From the NCBI GenBank assembly GCA_964587535.1, contig CAZPMA010000002.1, positions 4,847 through 68,846 on the forward strand: DNA of 64,000 nucleotides, read 5' to 3'. A program made the position numbers and the translations under genes. Below are positions 19,301 through 29,500 of this stretch, piece after piece. Each line of letters begins with the position of its first letter. Position 1 is the stretch's first letter. The notes beneath the pieces are model-generated. The model had not been told where the DNA came from. It worked only from the letters and a program-made list of their open reading frames with translations, and made no database searches. This stretch comes from an uncultured Bacteroidales bacterium (lineage in GTDB: Bacteria > Bacteroidota > Bacteroidia > Bacteroidales > UBA12077).

Positions 19301-19838
19301 TGGCTTAGACGAAAGGAGAAAAGAGCTTAATTCTTTAAGAATCAGATGGAATATTTTTTCTGGTTTTACTATATTAAATAGTACAGAAAAAGGAACAAAA
19401 ACATATATTTCTCAATACTTTAGTAGCAAAAACTATTTCATTAGCAATACTCTGAATGAAGTAAAATTTCAATACCAACCGGGCTTTGTAGCCAAAGCAG
19501 AACTAAATTATAGTTATAATTGTAAAGATAATCAAGAAGCAACAGAAAAGGCAATTATTCATAAAGTTGGAACTGAAATAAACTATTCCTTTAAATCGAA
19601 AGCTAATTTATTGCTACAGGGAAACTATTTTAACATTGCGTATAATTCTGAAATTAATACTTCGGTAGCATATGAAATGCTTGAAGGTCTAAAACCTGGG
19701 AATAATGGAACATGGAGTGTAATATTCCAACAAAAAATTGCTAAAAATATCGAGTTCAATTTAAATTATACGGGTCGTATATCAGAAAATATTAAAGCAA
19801 TACATACAGGAAGCATGCAAGTGCGTGCCTTTTTCTAA
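16389..19838 (+). CDS. Large conserved-looking outer-membrane protein (putative beta-barrel) of unknown function
   Basis: 1149 aa. TTG start followed by a signal-peptide-like KTLIYILLLAIPFCGSSQ. Rich in N, Y and S with alternating patterns throughout, ending in ...MQVRAFF (C-terminal aromatic). I recognise no catalytic motif. Confidence 0.5.
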   Translation: MHKTLIYILLLAIPFCGSSQNLSNVRTKYINIYNDTIKIDSLSLIPNSEIIINDNSVVSKNHYSINYPDALLILSDSIYFLTKQLKITYRVFPVNFQEESYYRKKEKTIITGPVLAVPKSVSTNLNPNFFTDNHLNKQGSISRGITIGNNQDAVINSNLNIQLTGKLNDKVNILAAISDENIPIQPDGNSQQIQEFDKIFIQLYNEKTKLIAGDFMISKPEGYFLNLNKKAQGGLFSTNISSKKSKDIKITSTVSGAFSKGKYCRKSFQGQEGNQGPYKLTGCENEQFIIVLAGSERVYINGKLKSRGQEYDYTINYNTGEIIFTSNQPINKDSRIAVEFEYSEQSYSRYMLYTANTIKTKKGKIWINAFSEQDSKTQPLNQDLTNEQKEILNKSGDNIENAFAENIDSVGFNSDFVLYEKTDTLVSTVNYTIYKYSTNPQKAFYQIGFSYVGENKGNYIQTQTSANGKVFKWIAPIDNVPQGNYEPIRLLVSPKKIQLFNFGGNLKINEKTRTFFEVAFSNYDINTFSDKDASDNVGYGLKVNAEQKLFAKDTSRNALYTNISYQLLDENFTTPEKFRSVEFDRDWNLHSDLQGNEHLAEIDLNYRHKNNVYTNYGFSYLERTSMYEGYKNRLNFSLYKSGYNFGFNSSILNTSSNQYNTQFIRYLANLSKSFQKISLGLENEYENNQWTQQSDSLYLTSFRFSSYKMYVQNSDSTINKYFASYTLRDDYLPYNNNLSHSSKAEDFSIGFGLLKNPNSILRAKVNYRLLNIIDTSIINQADEKTLTGRIDYSFKLFKGTISSFTFYEAGSGLEPKREYSYVKVANGQGIYSWTDYNSNNVAELDEFEIAKFQDEANYIRIYTPSNEYIKSYSNEFSQIFNIRPSSIWRSKNDLRKILSLFSNNFAYSIKQKSTNDDLKKSLNPFYVDNNSKSVINLNQNFRNTFSFNSLKSKLGIDYIYQNNHNNILLSNGLDERRKELNSLRIRWNIFSGFTILNSTEKGTKTYISQYFSSKNYFISNTLNEVKFQYQPGFVAKAELNYSYNCKDNQEATEKAIIHKVGTEINYSFKSKANLLLQGNYFNIAYNSEINTSVAYEMLEGLKPGNNGTWSVIFQQKIAKNIEFNLNYTGRISENIKAIHTGSMQVRAFF

Positions 19839-21055
19839 AAAGCTGCCATAAGTAAATCAATATCTTTCGATGGTATTCCAAAATAGTTGCCAACTCTGCT
19901 ATTGGTAAGAATCCCATTGTAAATATAAACACCATGTCTTAAGCCTACATCTTCTTTTAACAATTTCTGAACTCCTCCAGAATCGGCTATATTTAGCATC
20001 AATGGATTAAACACATTACTTAAAGCAATTGATGCTGTTCTTGCAACACGAGATGTAATATTTGGCACACAGTAATGAATTACTCCATATTTAACATACA
20101 CTGGATTCGAAATCGTTTTACATTCTGAAGTTTCAATACATCCACCTTGGTCAATGCTTAAGTCCATAATTACCGAACCTTTCTTCATCTCTTTCACCAT
20201 TTCTTCAGTAATAAGATATTGTGGGCCACGATCTCCTAGATGCACAGCCCCAATAATAACATCAGCAGATTTTAAATGTTTCTTTATTACTCTGGGGTGA
20301 AAAACAGAAGTAAATAATCTTTCTGACAAATTTGTTTGTAATCTTCTTAATTTTGATACTGAATAATCAAATACCTTAACAAAAGCACCAAATCCTAATG
20401 CAGCTCTAACAGCAGACTCGGCAGCTGTTCCAGCTCCCAGAATAATAACTTCAGTGGGAGTAATCCCGCTAACGCCACCCAGTAATACTCCTTTCCCACC
20501 ATGTACATCACTTAAGTGCTCTGCCGCTATATGAACAGAAGCAATACCTGCAATTTCGCTCATTGATCTCACAATAGGATAACAGTTGTCTTTATCCTTC
20601 ATCCCTTCGAATGAGATCGCAGTTATTTTTTTCTGCATTAATTTACGAATATATGCTTCGTTTTGTGATGGGAAATTTAATGAAGAAAATAATATCTGGT
20701 TATTATTAAATAATTCTATTTCTTCTATTGATGGTGGAGCAATTTTCAGAATAATATCCGATTGATAAACTTCTTCTTTGCTATCAATTATCAACCCACC
20801 GCATTCACTATAATCAGTATCGGAATAGTTAGCTCCGGCACCTGCTCCTTTCTCAACAACAATCTCATGACCATTATTCACGAGAATCTCAACAGCTTCG
20901 GGAGTAAGAGCTATTCTATTTTCATATTTTCTATTTTCTTTAGGTAAACCTATTACCAGCTTCTTCTTTTTTTTGCCAATTTCAAGCATTTCTTCCTGAG
21001 GTAAGAAGCCTGTATTACCAAAAGTATATTCTGATTTTTCTTTGTTATCTGCCAT
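19835..21055 (-). CDS. AlaDH/PNT-family NAD(P)-dependent dehydrogenase (alanine dehydrogenase-like)
   Basis: 406 aa. VIILGAGTAAESA Rossmann motif and ENRIALTPE N-terminal domain motif, as in alanine dehydrogenase / PntA-alpha. The roughly 30-aa N-terminal extension is atypical. Confidence 0.7.
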   Translation of the reverse strand: MADNKEKSEYTFGNTGFLPQEEMLEIGKKKKKLVIGLPKENRKYENRIALTPEAVEILVNNGHEIVVEKGAGAGANYSDTDYSECGGLIIDSKEEVYQSDIILKIAPPSIEEIELFNNNQILFSSLNFPSQNEAYIRKLMQKKITAISFEGMKDKDNCYPIVRSMSEIAGIASVHIAAEHLSDVHGGKGVLLGGVSGITPTEVIILGAGTAAESAVRAALGFGAFVKVFDYSVSKLRRLQTNLSERLFTSVFHPRVIKKHLKSADVIIGAVHLGDRGPQYLITEEMVKEMKKGSVIMDLSIDQGGCIETSECKTISNPVYVKYGVIHYCVPNITSRVARTASIALSNVFNPLMLNIADSGGVQKLLKEDVGLRHGVYIYNGILTNSRVGNYFGIPSKDIDLLMAAF

Positions 21056-21151
21056 TTTTTATCAATTTAAAGAAAGCATACTAACTTATGAAGAAAGGCA
21101 AAATAGTATAAATACTTGGGATTTTCAAGAAAAAGACTGAACATATTAATT

Positions 21152-21568
21152 TTATCTTGAATTAATTGTTCTGGAGCCATCCTGGTTTTCAACCATTTGC
21201 ACAAAAACCACATTTTCAGGTAGGATTTCTGCAATCTTATCGGGCCATTCAATAAAACAATAATTGCCTGAAAAGAAATAATCTTCGTAACCGAAATCAA
21301 AAACTTCTTCTAACTTTTCTATCCGATAAAAGTCAAAATGATATATTAACTCCCCTGTGCCTGTTTGATACTCATTTACAAGCGCAAAAGTTGGACTTGT
21401 TACAATCTCAACAACTCCTAATTCATTGCACAAAGCTTTTATAAATGTTGTTTTTCCAACACCCATTGGGCCGAAAAATGCAAATACTTTTTTCCCTTGC
21501 ATTAATTTTAGAAACTTTTCGGCAACAACATTTAAATCAGACAACGTTTTTAATTTCAACGAATCCAT
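21152..21568 (-). CDS. tsaE: tRNA t6A37 biosynthesis ATPase TsaE
   Basis: 138 aa. P-loop FGPMGVGKTTF, then SPTFALVNEY and HFDFYR motifs typical of TsaE/YjeE. Confidence 0.85.
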   Translation of the reverse strand: MDSLKLKTLSDLNVVAEKFLKLMQGKKVFAFFGPMGVGKTTFIKALCNELGVVEIVTSPTFALVNEYQTGTGELIYHFDFYRIEKLEEVFDFGYEDYFFSGNYCFIEWPDKIAEILPENVVFVQMVENQDGSRTINSR

Positions 21569-21590
21569 ATATGCAATTTACTGATTTTTT

Positions 21591-23144
21591 TTAAATATTT
21601 GGCTTTAATTTAATAAATGGAATGATCATTTCTTCAAGCGATATTCCCCCGTGCTGAAATGTATCTTTATAATACGAGACATAGTAATTAAAGTTATTTG
21701 GGTATGCTAAAAAATCATTGTTCGTAGCAAAAATATAACTAGTACTAATATTAGATTTTGGTAAATGAACTTTATGTGGTTCTTTTATTTCGTAAACAGA
21801 CTTTGGATTATAATTTAAGTTTCTACCATTTTTATACCGTAAATTTGTAGATGTATTTTTATCGCCAATCACTTTCAATGGATTTTGAACTCGAACCGTT
21901 CCGTGATCTGTTGTTATTATAATTTTTACTTTCTGACCATGCAACTCTTTTATTAAAGAAAAGAGTGGAGAATGTTTAAACCATGATAATGTTAATGATC
22001 TATACGCCGACTCATCACTTGCTAATTCACGAATCATTTCCATTTCAGTTCGTGCATGCGACAGCATATCAATATAATTATAAACTAATACATTAATCTG
22101 ATTATTTAATAAGTCATTTATATTGTCAACTAATTTTTCTCCTGTTTTTAAATGACTAATTTTTTCGTAAAAGAACTTATATTCTTTGCCAAATCGTTTC
22201 ATTTGTGTTTCGAACAACTCAGCTTCTTTCATGTTTTTACCACCTTCTTCGTCATCGTTTAACCAATATTGTGGATACAGTTTATTTATTTCGAGTGGCA
22301 TTAAACCGGCAAAAATTGAATTTCTGGCATACTGAGTTGCCGTTGGTAAGATACTGCAATATAATTCCTCTGATTCAACACTAAAATAATCGGCAATTAA
22401 AGGCTGAACTACCTTCCACTGATCATATCTAAAATTATCAATAACAATAAAAAACACCTTTTCTCCTTTATCTAAGATCGGGAATATTCTATCCTTAAAA
22501 AGATTGGGCGATAACATTGGTTTTTCAGATTTACCTGTAAACCATGATTCATAGTTTTTCTTAATAAATTTTGCAAAACCAATATTTGCATCCATTTTTT
22601 GCATTTTCAGAATTTCTTGCATCCCTTGGTTCTGATCCTGCTCTAGTTCAATTTCCCAGTAAACTAATTTTTTATATAGTTCTGTCCAGGCATCAAATGT
22701 ATTTGCTTCGGCAATTTTTAATCCTAATTGACTAAACTCAGACTGATATCCGGAAAGTGTTTTTTCAGAAACTAACCTTTTTGTATCCAGGTTTTTCTTA
22801 ATACTTAATAATATCTGATTTGGATTCACAGGTTTAATTAGATAATCGGCAATTTTAAAACCTATAGCCTCTTCCATAATATCTTCTTCTTCGCTTTTGG
22901 TAATCATAACTACCGGAATTTCAGGCTTTTTCTCTTTTATTATGGAAAGTACTTGTAAACCGCTTAATCCTGGCATATTTTCATCCAGAAATATTAAATC
23001 AAAATCATTTTTATCAACTAATTCGATCGCGTCGTCGCCATTACTTGCTGTAGTTACTTCAAATCCCTTTTCTTTTAAAAATAAAATATGTGGTTTTAAT
23101 AAATCAATTTCATCATCTGTCCATAAGATTCTAGCACTTTTCAT
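21591..23144 (-). CDS. porX: T9SS response regulator PorX (receiver + PglZ/alkaline-phosphatase-like domain)
   Basis: I place the start at the ATG at 23144 (MKSARILWTDDE...), 517 aa. The receiver domain has the DLIFLDENMPGLSG acceptor Asp. The PglZ domain has DNFRYDQW, TATQYARNSIFAG, DMLSH and TTDHG. The 28 extra N-terminal codons in the ORF track overlap sprE and are rejected. Confidence 0.8.
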   Translation of the reverse strand: MKSARILWTDDEIDLLKPHILFLKEKGFEVTTASNGDDAIELVDKNDFDLIFLDENMPGLSGLQVLSIIKEKKPEIPVVMITKSEEEDIMEEAIGFKIADYLIKPVNPNQILLSIKKNLDTKRLVSEKTLSGYQSEFSQLGLKIAEANTFDAWTELYKKLVYWEIELEQDQNQGMQEILKMQKMDANIGFAKFIKKNYESWFTGKSEKPMLSPNLFKDRIFPILDKGEKVFFIVIDNFRYDQWKVVQPLIADYFSVESEELYCSILPTATQYARNSIFAGLMPLEINKLYPQYWLNDDEEGGKNMKEAELFETQMKRFGKEYKFFYEKISHLKTGEKLVDNINDLLNNQINVLVYNYIDMLSHARTEMEMIRELASDESAYRSLTLSWFKHSPLFSLIKELHGQKVKIIITTDHGTVRVQNPLKVIGDKNTSTNLRYKNGRNLNYNPKSVYEIKEPHKVHLPKSNISTSYIFATNNDFLAYPNNFNYYVSYYKDTFQHGGISLEEMIIPFIKLKPNI

Positions 23145-23187
23145 GTAAGCAATATTTTTGATTAATAGTATGACCTTTTGTAAAAAA

Positions 23188-25902
23188 TTATTCCTTATAA
23201 TGTTTCTTATAGAACAGCATGTAGTCACTAATCATTTTCTGATTCATTAAGGAATTTAAATTTGCATTTGATATAATAAACATTCGAAAATCTTTACTTT
23301 TCACATCGGAAAACAATTTATCTTTTTCCGAATAAAATTTATTATAATAATCCTGACTCTTTTCCTTGTTCTCAAACTCCCTTACTGTTACAAGTATTGT
23401 ATACTCATTGAAGTCTTTATTTTCTATATCATAAGTTTGTTGAATGTCATAATCAAGATTAAAGTTTATTATATTAAATTTCAATTGATTAATGTCCGCA
23501 TTATTAGAAATAACTATTACAAAATTGTGTTTTTCTTCAGGATTGTATTTATAGATTTTTTCAATCTCTTCGATGGTTTTCTCTGCTATAATTTGTTCTT
23601 CTTTTCCTTGTTCATTAATAGTATCCGAATATGTTTCTGCAGAAGTAAAATTACTTAGATTCTTAAGCTCATTTTCTTTTATTGACACTAATAATCTTTC
23701 AGAAGCATGCCCAACTGGATCATTATTAAATTCATCCATTATTTTCTCAAGTTCTGGTTTCATTGCCAAAGCTCCATACGCTTCTCCAATCGATATCGCT
23801 TTAAGGTATCTGTATTTTGGATAATAATCTGAATCTTTATTTTTAATTAACGCCTCATCGCACCTTCTAATAACCTGCGAGAAATTTTTGTTTTTATATA
23901 AATCTAATGTTGCCTGATAATACTCCTTTTTCTCTATTTCTTCTTTTTCGAACTGTTTAAAGTAATTAGGATCCATTAAAACTTTTGCATACTTTGAATC
24001 GGGATAATTCCTAATAATCATGTTTTTATAAACACCTGCTTTAGAAATATCATTTTGTGCCGAATGTAATTTATAAATTGCATAATAGGATGGAACTTTA
24101 TATTCACCATCAGGATATCTATCAATTAGTTCTTTATAAGCATCTAATGCTAAAGGATAGTCTTTTAAATCATTTCTGTATACTTCTCCTACATTATAAA
24201 GAGATCGTTGAATTATTAAATGTGATTCTTTCATTGCAGAATCTGTCAATGGTAGCTCTACCCTATAAAATTCAGGCGATTTATCATCTAAACCTGCCTT
24301 AACATCAATAATGTCATCAGATAATTGTTCTTCTGCAATTTGTTCAAACCCTTCTATTCTTTTATTTTTTCTTCGCCAATTGTCTTCAAGTTTTCTATTG
24401 CCCCACCTTCTTCTAAATTCTGGTTCTCCAAAACTTTTTGCTGATGGATTATAAAAATACCATTTCCCACCGTCGGAAACATTGTTTACAGGCCTAACTG
24501 AGCTAACATTATTATCAAAACCCGCCAGTGCTTCTTCACGCTCTCTTCTTTGTTCTTCGACTTCCTGAGCTTTTAAATCACTAATTATTTTTTGGATAAA
24601 AATATCTCTTTGTTCATCAGTCATTTTTGCAACCATCTGCAAACTATCCTGATGTTTAACCTCAGTAAGATTTTTAACTAATTTTGATAAATATTGATTT
24701 TTTACCGAAAGGTCTGTATATCCAGGATAATCAACATCAAGAGATACTACTGCACTATCAAAATATGCCTGTGATTCTACATATTTTGCCTGATCAAAGA
24801 AAATATTTGCCAGAGTTAAATATGTTAATCCTTTCTGATTTCTGTTAACGCCTGTATGACTAGCAGATAATTTATAATATTCGATTGCCTTTGTTAAATT
24901 ATCATTTCTTCTTTCTATTTCTCCTAATGCAAAATATATCTGATCTTTATAATCGCTATTTTTGTCATCATCAAGCATTTTAAGTAGTTCGTCTTTAATG
25001 GTGCCATAAGATTTTCCACCACCCGAATACAGAGAAGCTCTTTTTAGTTTAGCATTAAAAGCCATTTCATACGGTGGATTCATTTTAACAACAGCAGCAT
25101 ATAATTCAGATGCCTTTTCTAAATTATTCATTTCTTCGTTCAACTGGGCCTGAATAAATGTTAATCTTAATTTTGCTTTTTTACGTTTGGCTAAACCAAG
25201 AGCTTGCTCAACATAATTAATTGCTTCAATATATTTCTGTTGTTTTAAATAATAATCTGCATAAGTTAAATTAAGATCATATCTCAATTTTTCAGGATAC
25301 TCAATTTCTTCATCTAAAAACTCCAATTGTTTGCCTGCTTCTCTAAAATCATTGATTTGAACATACGATCTTATCATCCAGTTATATGCCAAATATTTTG
25401 TTTTAATATCATCATATTGTTGTGTAATAAACTTCAATAACCTAATGGCACTTTCATAATCAGCCTGATAAAAAAATGCTTTTGCCATTATCAGGTATGC
25501 ATCATCAATAAAGATATTATATTCATTTTTTTCGTAGAATGCTTTTCCCTTTTTTGAAAACAACCTTGAATCCTTATTCGGTTTTTTAGTAATAGAATGA
25601 AGCTTTATTGATTTTATAGATTTTTCAATTGTTCTGTCCATAGAACCTTTAGATGCAGATGCTAATTCATCATCGCCATAAATAAAGATAGGCAGAATTT
25701 GGGAATAATCGTCAACATATGATTCTTCATAATTTTTTAAGCCTTCCTTATAACTTTCAGTGCCATTAAAGAGTATGTTATATTTTGTAGTTAATCCATG
25801 ATAAAATCTAGTTATTCCGGTATTTTTTTTTGTTGAACAACTATAACTCAAAATAATTAAAAAAAATAAAATATATCTTTTTATCTGGCTCACCTTAATC
25901 AA
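23188..25902 (-). CDS. sprE: TPR-repeat lipoprotein SprE/PorW (T9SS/gliding component)
   Basis: 904 aa. Lipobox (ILSYSCS), multiple TPR-like A/Y-rich helices, and a size and architecture like F. johnsoniae SprE. Adjacent to porX and sprA. Has no in-frame ATG near the lipobox, so the start must be TTG (25902) or GTG (25893). Confidence 0.7.
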   Translation of the reverse strand: MIKVSQIKRYILFFLIILSYSCSTKKNTGITRFYHGLTTKYNILFNGTESYKEGLKNYEESYVDDYSQILPIFIYGDDELASASKGSMDRTIEKSIKSIKLHSITKKPNKDSRLFSKKGKAFYEKNEYNIFIDDAYLIMAKAFFYQADYESAIRLLKFITQQYDDIKTKYLAYNWMIRSYVQINDFREAGKQLEFLDEEIEYPEKLRYDLNLTYADYYLKQQKYIEAINYVEQALGLAKRKKAKLRLTFIQAQLNEEMNNLEKASELYAAVVKMNPPYEMAFNAKLKRASLYSGGGKSYGTIKDELLKMLDDDKNSDYKDQIYFALGEIERRNDNLTKAIEYYKLSASHTGVNRNQKGLTYLTLANIFFDQAKYVESQAYFDSAVVSLDVDYPGYTDLSVKNQYLSKLVKNLTEVKHQDSLQMVAKMTDEQRDIFIQKIISDLKAQEVEEQRREREEALAGFDNNVSSVRPVNNVSDGGKWYFYNPSAKSFGEPEFRRRWGNRKLEDNWRRKNKRIEGFEQIAEEQLSDDIIDVKAGLDDKSPEFYRVELPLTDSAMKESHLIIQRSLYNVGEVYRNDLKDYPLALDAYKELIDRYPDGEYKVPSYYAIYKLHSAQNDISKAGVYKNMIIRNYPDSKYAKVLMDPNYFKQFEKEEIEKKEYYQATLDLYKNKNFSQVIRRCDEALIKNKDSDYYPKYRYLKAISIGEAYGALAMKPELEKIMDEFNNDPVGHASERLLVSIKENELKNLSNFTSAETYSDTINEQGKEEQIIAEKTIEEIEKIYKYNPEEKHNFVIVISNNADINQLKFNIINFNLDYDIQQTYDIENKDFNEYTILVTVREFENKEKSQDYYNKFYSEKDKLFSDVKSKDFRMFIISNANLNSLMNQKMISDYMLFYKKHYKE

Positions 25903-26011
25903 ATATAAATCATCTGTTAAAAAAACAGCTTTTTAAATAATTTATTATAAAAAACTGAAATTAATTTCTATAAAAGAAAAGTATAAAACTAGGAAATAAA
26001 TTGAATATAAC

Positions 26012-26049
26012 ATAAAAGAAAATGGATGTTAAAATAATAACATCCATTC
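26012..26049 (-). terminator. Rho-independent terminator after gcvH
   Basis: Minus strand: AATGGATGTTA-ttattt-TAACATCCATT (11-bp perfect stem, 26021-26048) followed by TTCTTTTATG. It lies 25 nt downstream of the gcvH stop. Confidence 0.8.
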
Positions 26050-26072
26050 TATATTAATATTATTATAAATTC

Positions 26073-26453
26073 CTATGCTTCTAATAAGTTTTTATAAGCA
26101 GCAGGATCTAATAATTCATCTAATTCTGAAGTGTCAGCTATTTTAATTTTAATTAGCCATCCGTCTCCATAAGGATCTTTATTAACAACTTCAGGTGTTT
26201 CTTCTAAAGCAGGATTTACTTCAACCACTTCTCCACCCACTGGCATAAACATATCTGATACAGTTTTAACAGCTTCAATAGTGCCAAATACTTCTTCTTT
26301 TGCTAATTCTTCACCTTCAGTTTCTATTTCCAAGAATACGATATCTCCTAATTCTCCTTGCGCATAATCTGTAATACCAACATAAGCTTCTTCACCTTCA
26401 ACACGAATCCATTCGTGATCTTTAGTGTACTTTAAGTTTTCTGGAATGTTCAT
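26073..26453 (-). CDS. gcvH: Glycine cleavage system H protein (lipoyl carrier)
   Basis: 126 aa. Canonical [12 protein letters not shown]...GITDYAQ and lipoyl-lysine context EAVKTVSD. Full-length GcvH. Confidence 0.9.
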   Translation of the reverse strand: MNIPENLKYTKDHEWIRVEGEEAYVGITDYAQGELGDIVFLEIETEGEELAKEEVFGTIEAVKTVSDMFMPVGGEVVEVNPALEETPEVVNKDPYGDGWLIKIKIADTSELDELLDPAAYKNLLEA

Positions 26454-26530
26454 AATATTTTATTTTTGTATTATTAATTTGATTTTAATTTTAATCCAAG
26501 CCAAAATTAATCAAAATTTGTTAAAATAAA

Positions 26531-29500
26531 CTATTCTGTTAGCGTAAATCTTAGACTAAACCCAACATCAGTATTTGATGTTCGGTATGGACTCATCCCA
26601 ACCAGTGGGTTTGTGATATTTTGATCATAAAATAATCTTAGTGTTAACCTATTACTTAACATATAATCGCCTGAAATACCAATAACTATTGCTTTTTGAT
26701 CTGCAGATGGAGTATTTGTTTCGTCTGATATTTTGCGTAAGATTGTTTTTGTATCTCTTATTTTTAGATTTGCTCTCATGTTTAAACTGCTCTTAAAATC
26801 AGTTTGCCCATCCCCAAAATTAAATATCAAATCAAAGTTATCTATTCGATATCCTAAACTAAATCCCATTTCATCCGAATGAACTTCGGTTATCTGATTA
26901 TTAGTAAAGCTTAGTGTAACTGTTCTGCTTTTCTTTAGTTCAAATCGAGCTGTAAAATTATTTACAAATGTCATATCAACATTAATGAGCGGACTAAATT
27001 GCTCATTAATAGAAACTCCATTAGCTGTATACAATGGAATATAATTCCCTGTGCTATCTTTGTAAAAATCTTTGGAAACAGGATCTATTCCATAGTCCGT
27101 ATTATTAATATATGAACCCACATTATAGAAAGATCTGTAAGTATGACTAATATTAAAAGACTTAAAATACTTTTTCATAAAAGGAATGTCTTTAAGTCGG
27201 GTGAGTTTAATACTCCAGTTTGGTAAAGGTATTTTTTGGAATAAGTCTAAAGCCACGGAGTTTTTGTCTGAAATACCATATGCTGCTAAAAATGATGGCA
27301 CCATTACCTGTTGAGATTCGGGTCCATATCCTGGTTGAAAATCTTCAGTGCCTACTTTTCCAGAAAGCCTGTTTGACATAATCACCCTATTTTCTTTAAA
27401 CTCTTTAAATGCATCAGATTGATACCCATTTTCATTTGATGCTCCTTCGAACGCTGATCCAATAGTAATGTATGTCATAGAGAAATTACCAGTAATCTGC
27501 TCATTATAAGGAGTTGTAGATGTACTATAATAATATCTGCTATTGTTTTCTCCGTGTGTTCTGTTAGCAGTAAGGTCTATCTTAAGTCCTCTAATTGGTT
27601 CTATGGTTACCCTAAAATTTATATTTTTATTTGATGTCATTATAAATGGAATATTTAATGAATCATCAAAGAACCACTTGTTCATGATCGCTTTTGCTGC
27701 AAAATTTTCATCTTGCCAGCCTAAAACAAATGGCCAACCCGGGGCATCAAACTGGCTGTCCATACCCAATAATTTTGTTGACTCAGTGTATCCTTCATTC
27801 AAGCTTGAACCTTCAGTTTGAGTATATGAAGCAGAAATATTTTTTACAGACATCAGCAATAAAGCAGTATTTTCAGCAATAAATACAAGCGGATTATCTC
27901 TTTTTTCCAATTTACCAACAACCATAACTTGTGCTCCTCTCATTGTAGTATCAGTTTTTATACTAATCCTTTTCTTTGACACAACGTCCCAATCGCCTTT
28001 AATTTCCTTACCAGTATTATCAGTTATTTTAACACTGGTTATATCTTCTGTATTTAAATTATGTGTTATACTTTTTGTTCTATTTGTTCTAAAGTTAATG
28101 TCTTTTTCCTGATAAGTGACAGTTTCAAATTCCTTTTTTCTGGCTGAACGACTTTTAGAATATTTCTGATTTATTCTCTTTAAGAAACCTACTTTATTGT
28201 ATAAATTCAACATATTTGCCTGTGAATTTATCTGGAAAGTCATCGAATTTCTGATGTCATTCCCCACTAAAGGTTCGTTATTCTCATCAAGTGAAGCAGC
28301 TTCCCAATTGTAAGTAGCATTGTATCTTGTGGTCAAACTTGTCCAATCTAAAAACGGGACTTTATTAATTGGAACTCTATACGTTACATTAATATTATGG
28401 TTATATTGTGTATTTCTACCAAAATCCCTGATGTTTTGCCACACAGAATCTTTCCATTCAGAAGTTCCTTGCTTACCATAAGGCTCATCAATCTTGGCTA
28501 TATTGGTAGCAGAAAAATCTATTTTTAATGATCTGGAAAGATCCCACTTAACATCATAATATCTATTCCAGTTAAAATCTTTGTTAAAGAAAGGTTCTAT
28601 TATATTATCAGGGTTATTAATATTCCTGGTTTTATTTGTTTGGTAACGCCTGTTCATTTCTGTTCTAAACGCAATACTACTAGGCAAATAATAAAAATTG
28701 AAGTCTTTAATTAATAAAAATGCTTTTTTATTTAATGCTCCTTTTGATTTCCTAAAGGGGGCAACATTTTTAGGTCTTAAATTATAAATATAAGAAACAG
28801 ATCCTTTATAATTTTTTAACACATCATATTCTGTGTTAACATCGTGAGCTAATGCATCATTATATGCATAACTAAAAGAAAAGTTTCCCGGGTCGTAAAA
28901 TCTAGGTTTTTCACTTATCTTATTTACTTTTACATTGGTAAAATTAATGCTTCTTCTACGAGTATATTCCTGGGCCAGATTCTTGATAGAGTCCCTTTCT
29001 TCTTTATTTTTTGCTTTATCGAGTGATTCTTTTAATTCTATATCAGGATCTAAAGGATTGTATTGGGGATTAACAAATGACTCAGCATATCCTGCATACA
29101 TTGGGATAATCACTTTAGACTCTTCCGGGAAGAATTTTCCCAGATCTAAATTTGCTGAAACATCGTATTCAATGACTTCTTCTTTGCTTCTTTCATTGAC
29201 CTTTTTCTCAATACTACCAAACCCGGGAGTACTAATGCTACCAGATAAATTAATTGTTCCAAAATCAGCTAATTGAGTTGCCACTCTACCTCTTGCTGCC
29301 CATCCACCATCTTCTTTAAAATCTGTCAATCGTAATTCATTAACCCACACTTCGGCTGATTTAGGCATTCCATCATCGTTTGTATTATTTTGTACGTTTT
29401 GTTTACTAGGGTTTCTAACTCCAATCATAATAGTAACAACATTACTCAGATTTGGGTTTCCTTTTACTGATAGTTTTGCTTTATCATCATCGTAAACAGA

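Noticed and set aside
19835-19838. Overlapping stop codons of the convergent OMP gene and the ald-like gene (TTCTAA read on both strands).
   Set aside because: A 4-nt 3' overlap of convergent genes is common in compact genomes, and no associated structure is evident.
21067-21300. 77-aa ORF overlapping the 3' part of tsaE.
   Set aside because: It is out of frame within tsaE and extends into the short tsaE-ald spacer. It has no motif, and tsaE is complete without it.
23145-23228. 28-codon N-terminal extension of the porX ORF (MTTCCSIRNIIRNN...).
   Set aside because: It overlaps the 3' end of sprE. The receiver domain begins right after the internal ATG at 23144 (MKSARILWTDDE), which gives the expected length of about 517 aa.
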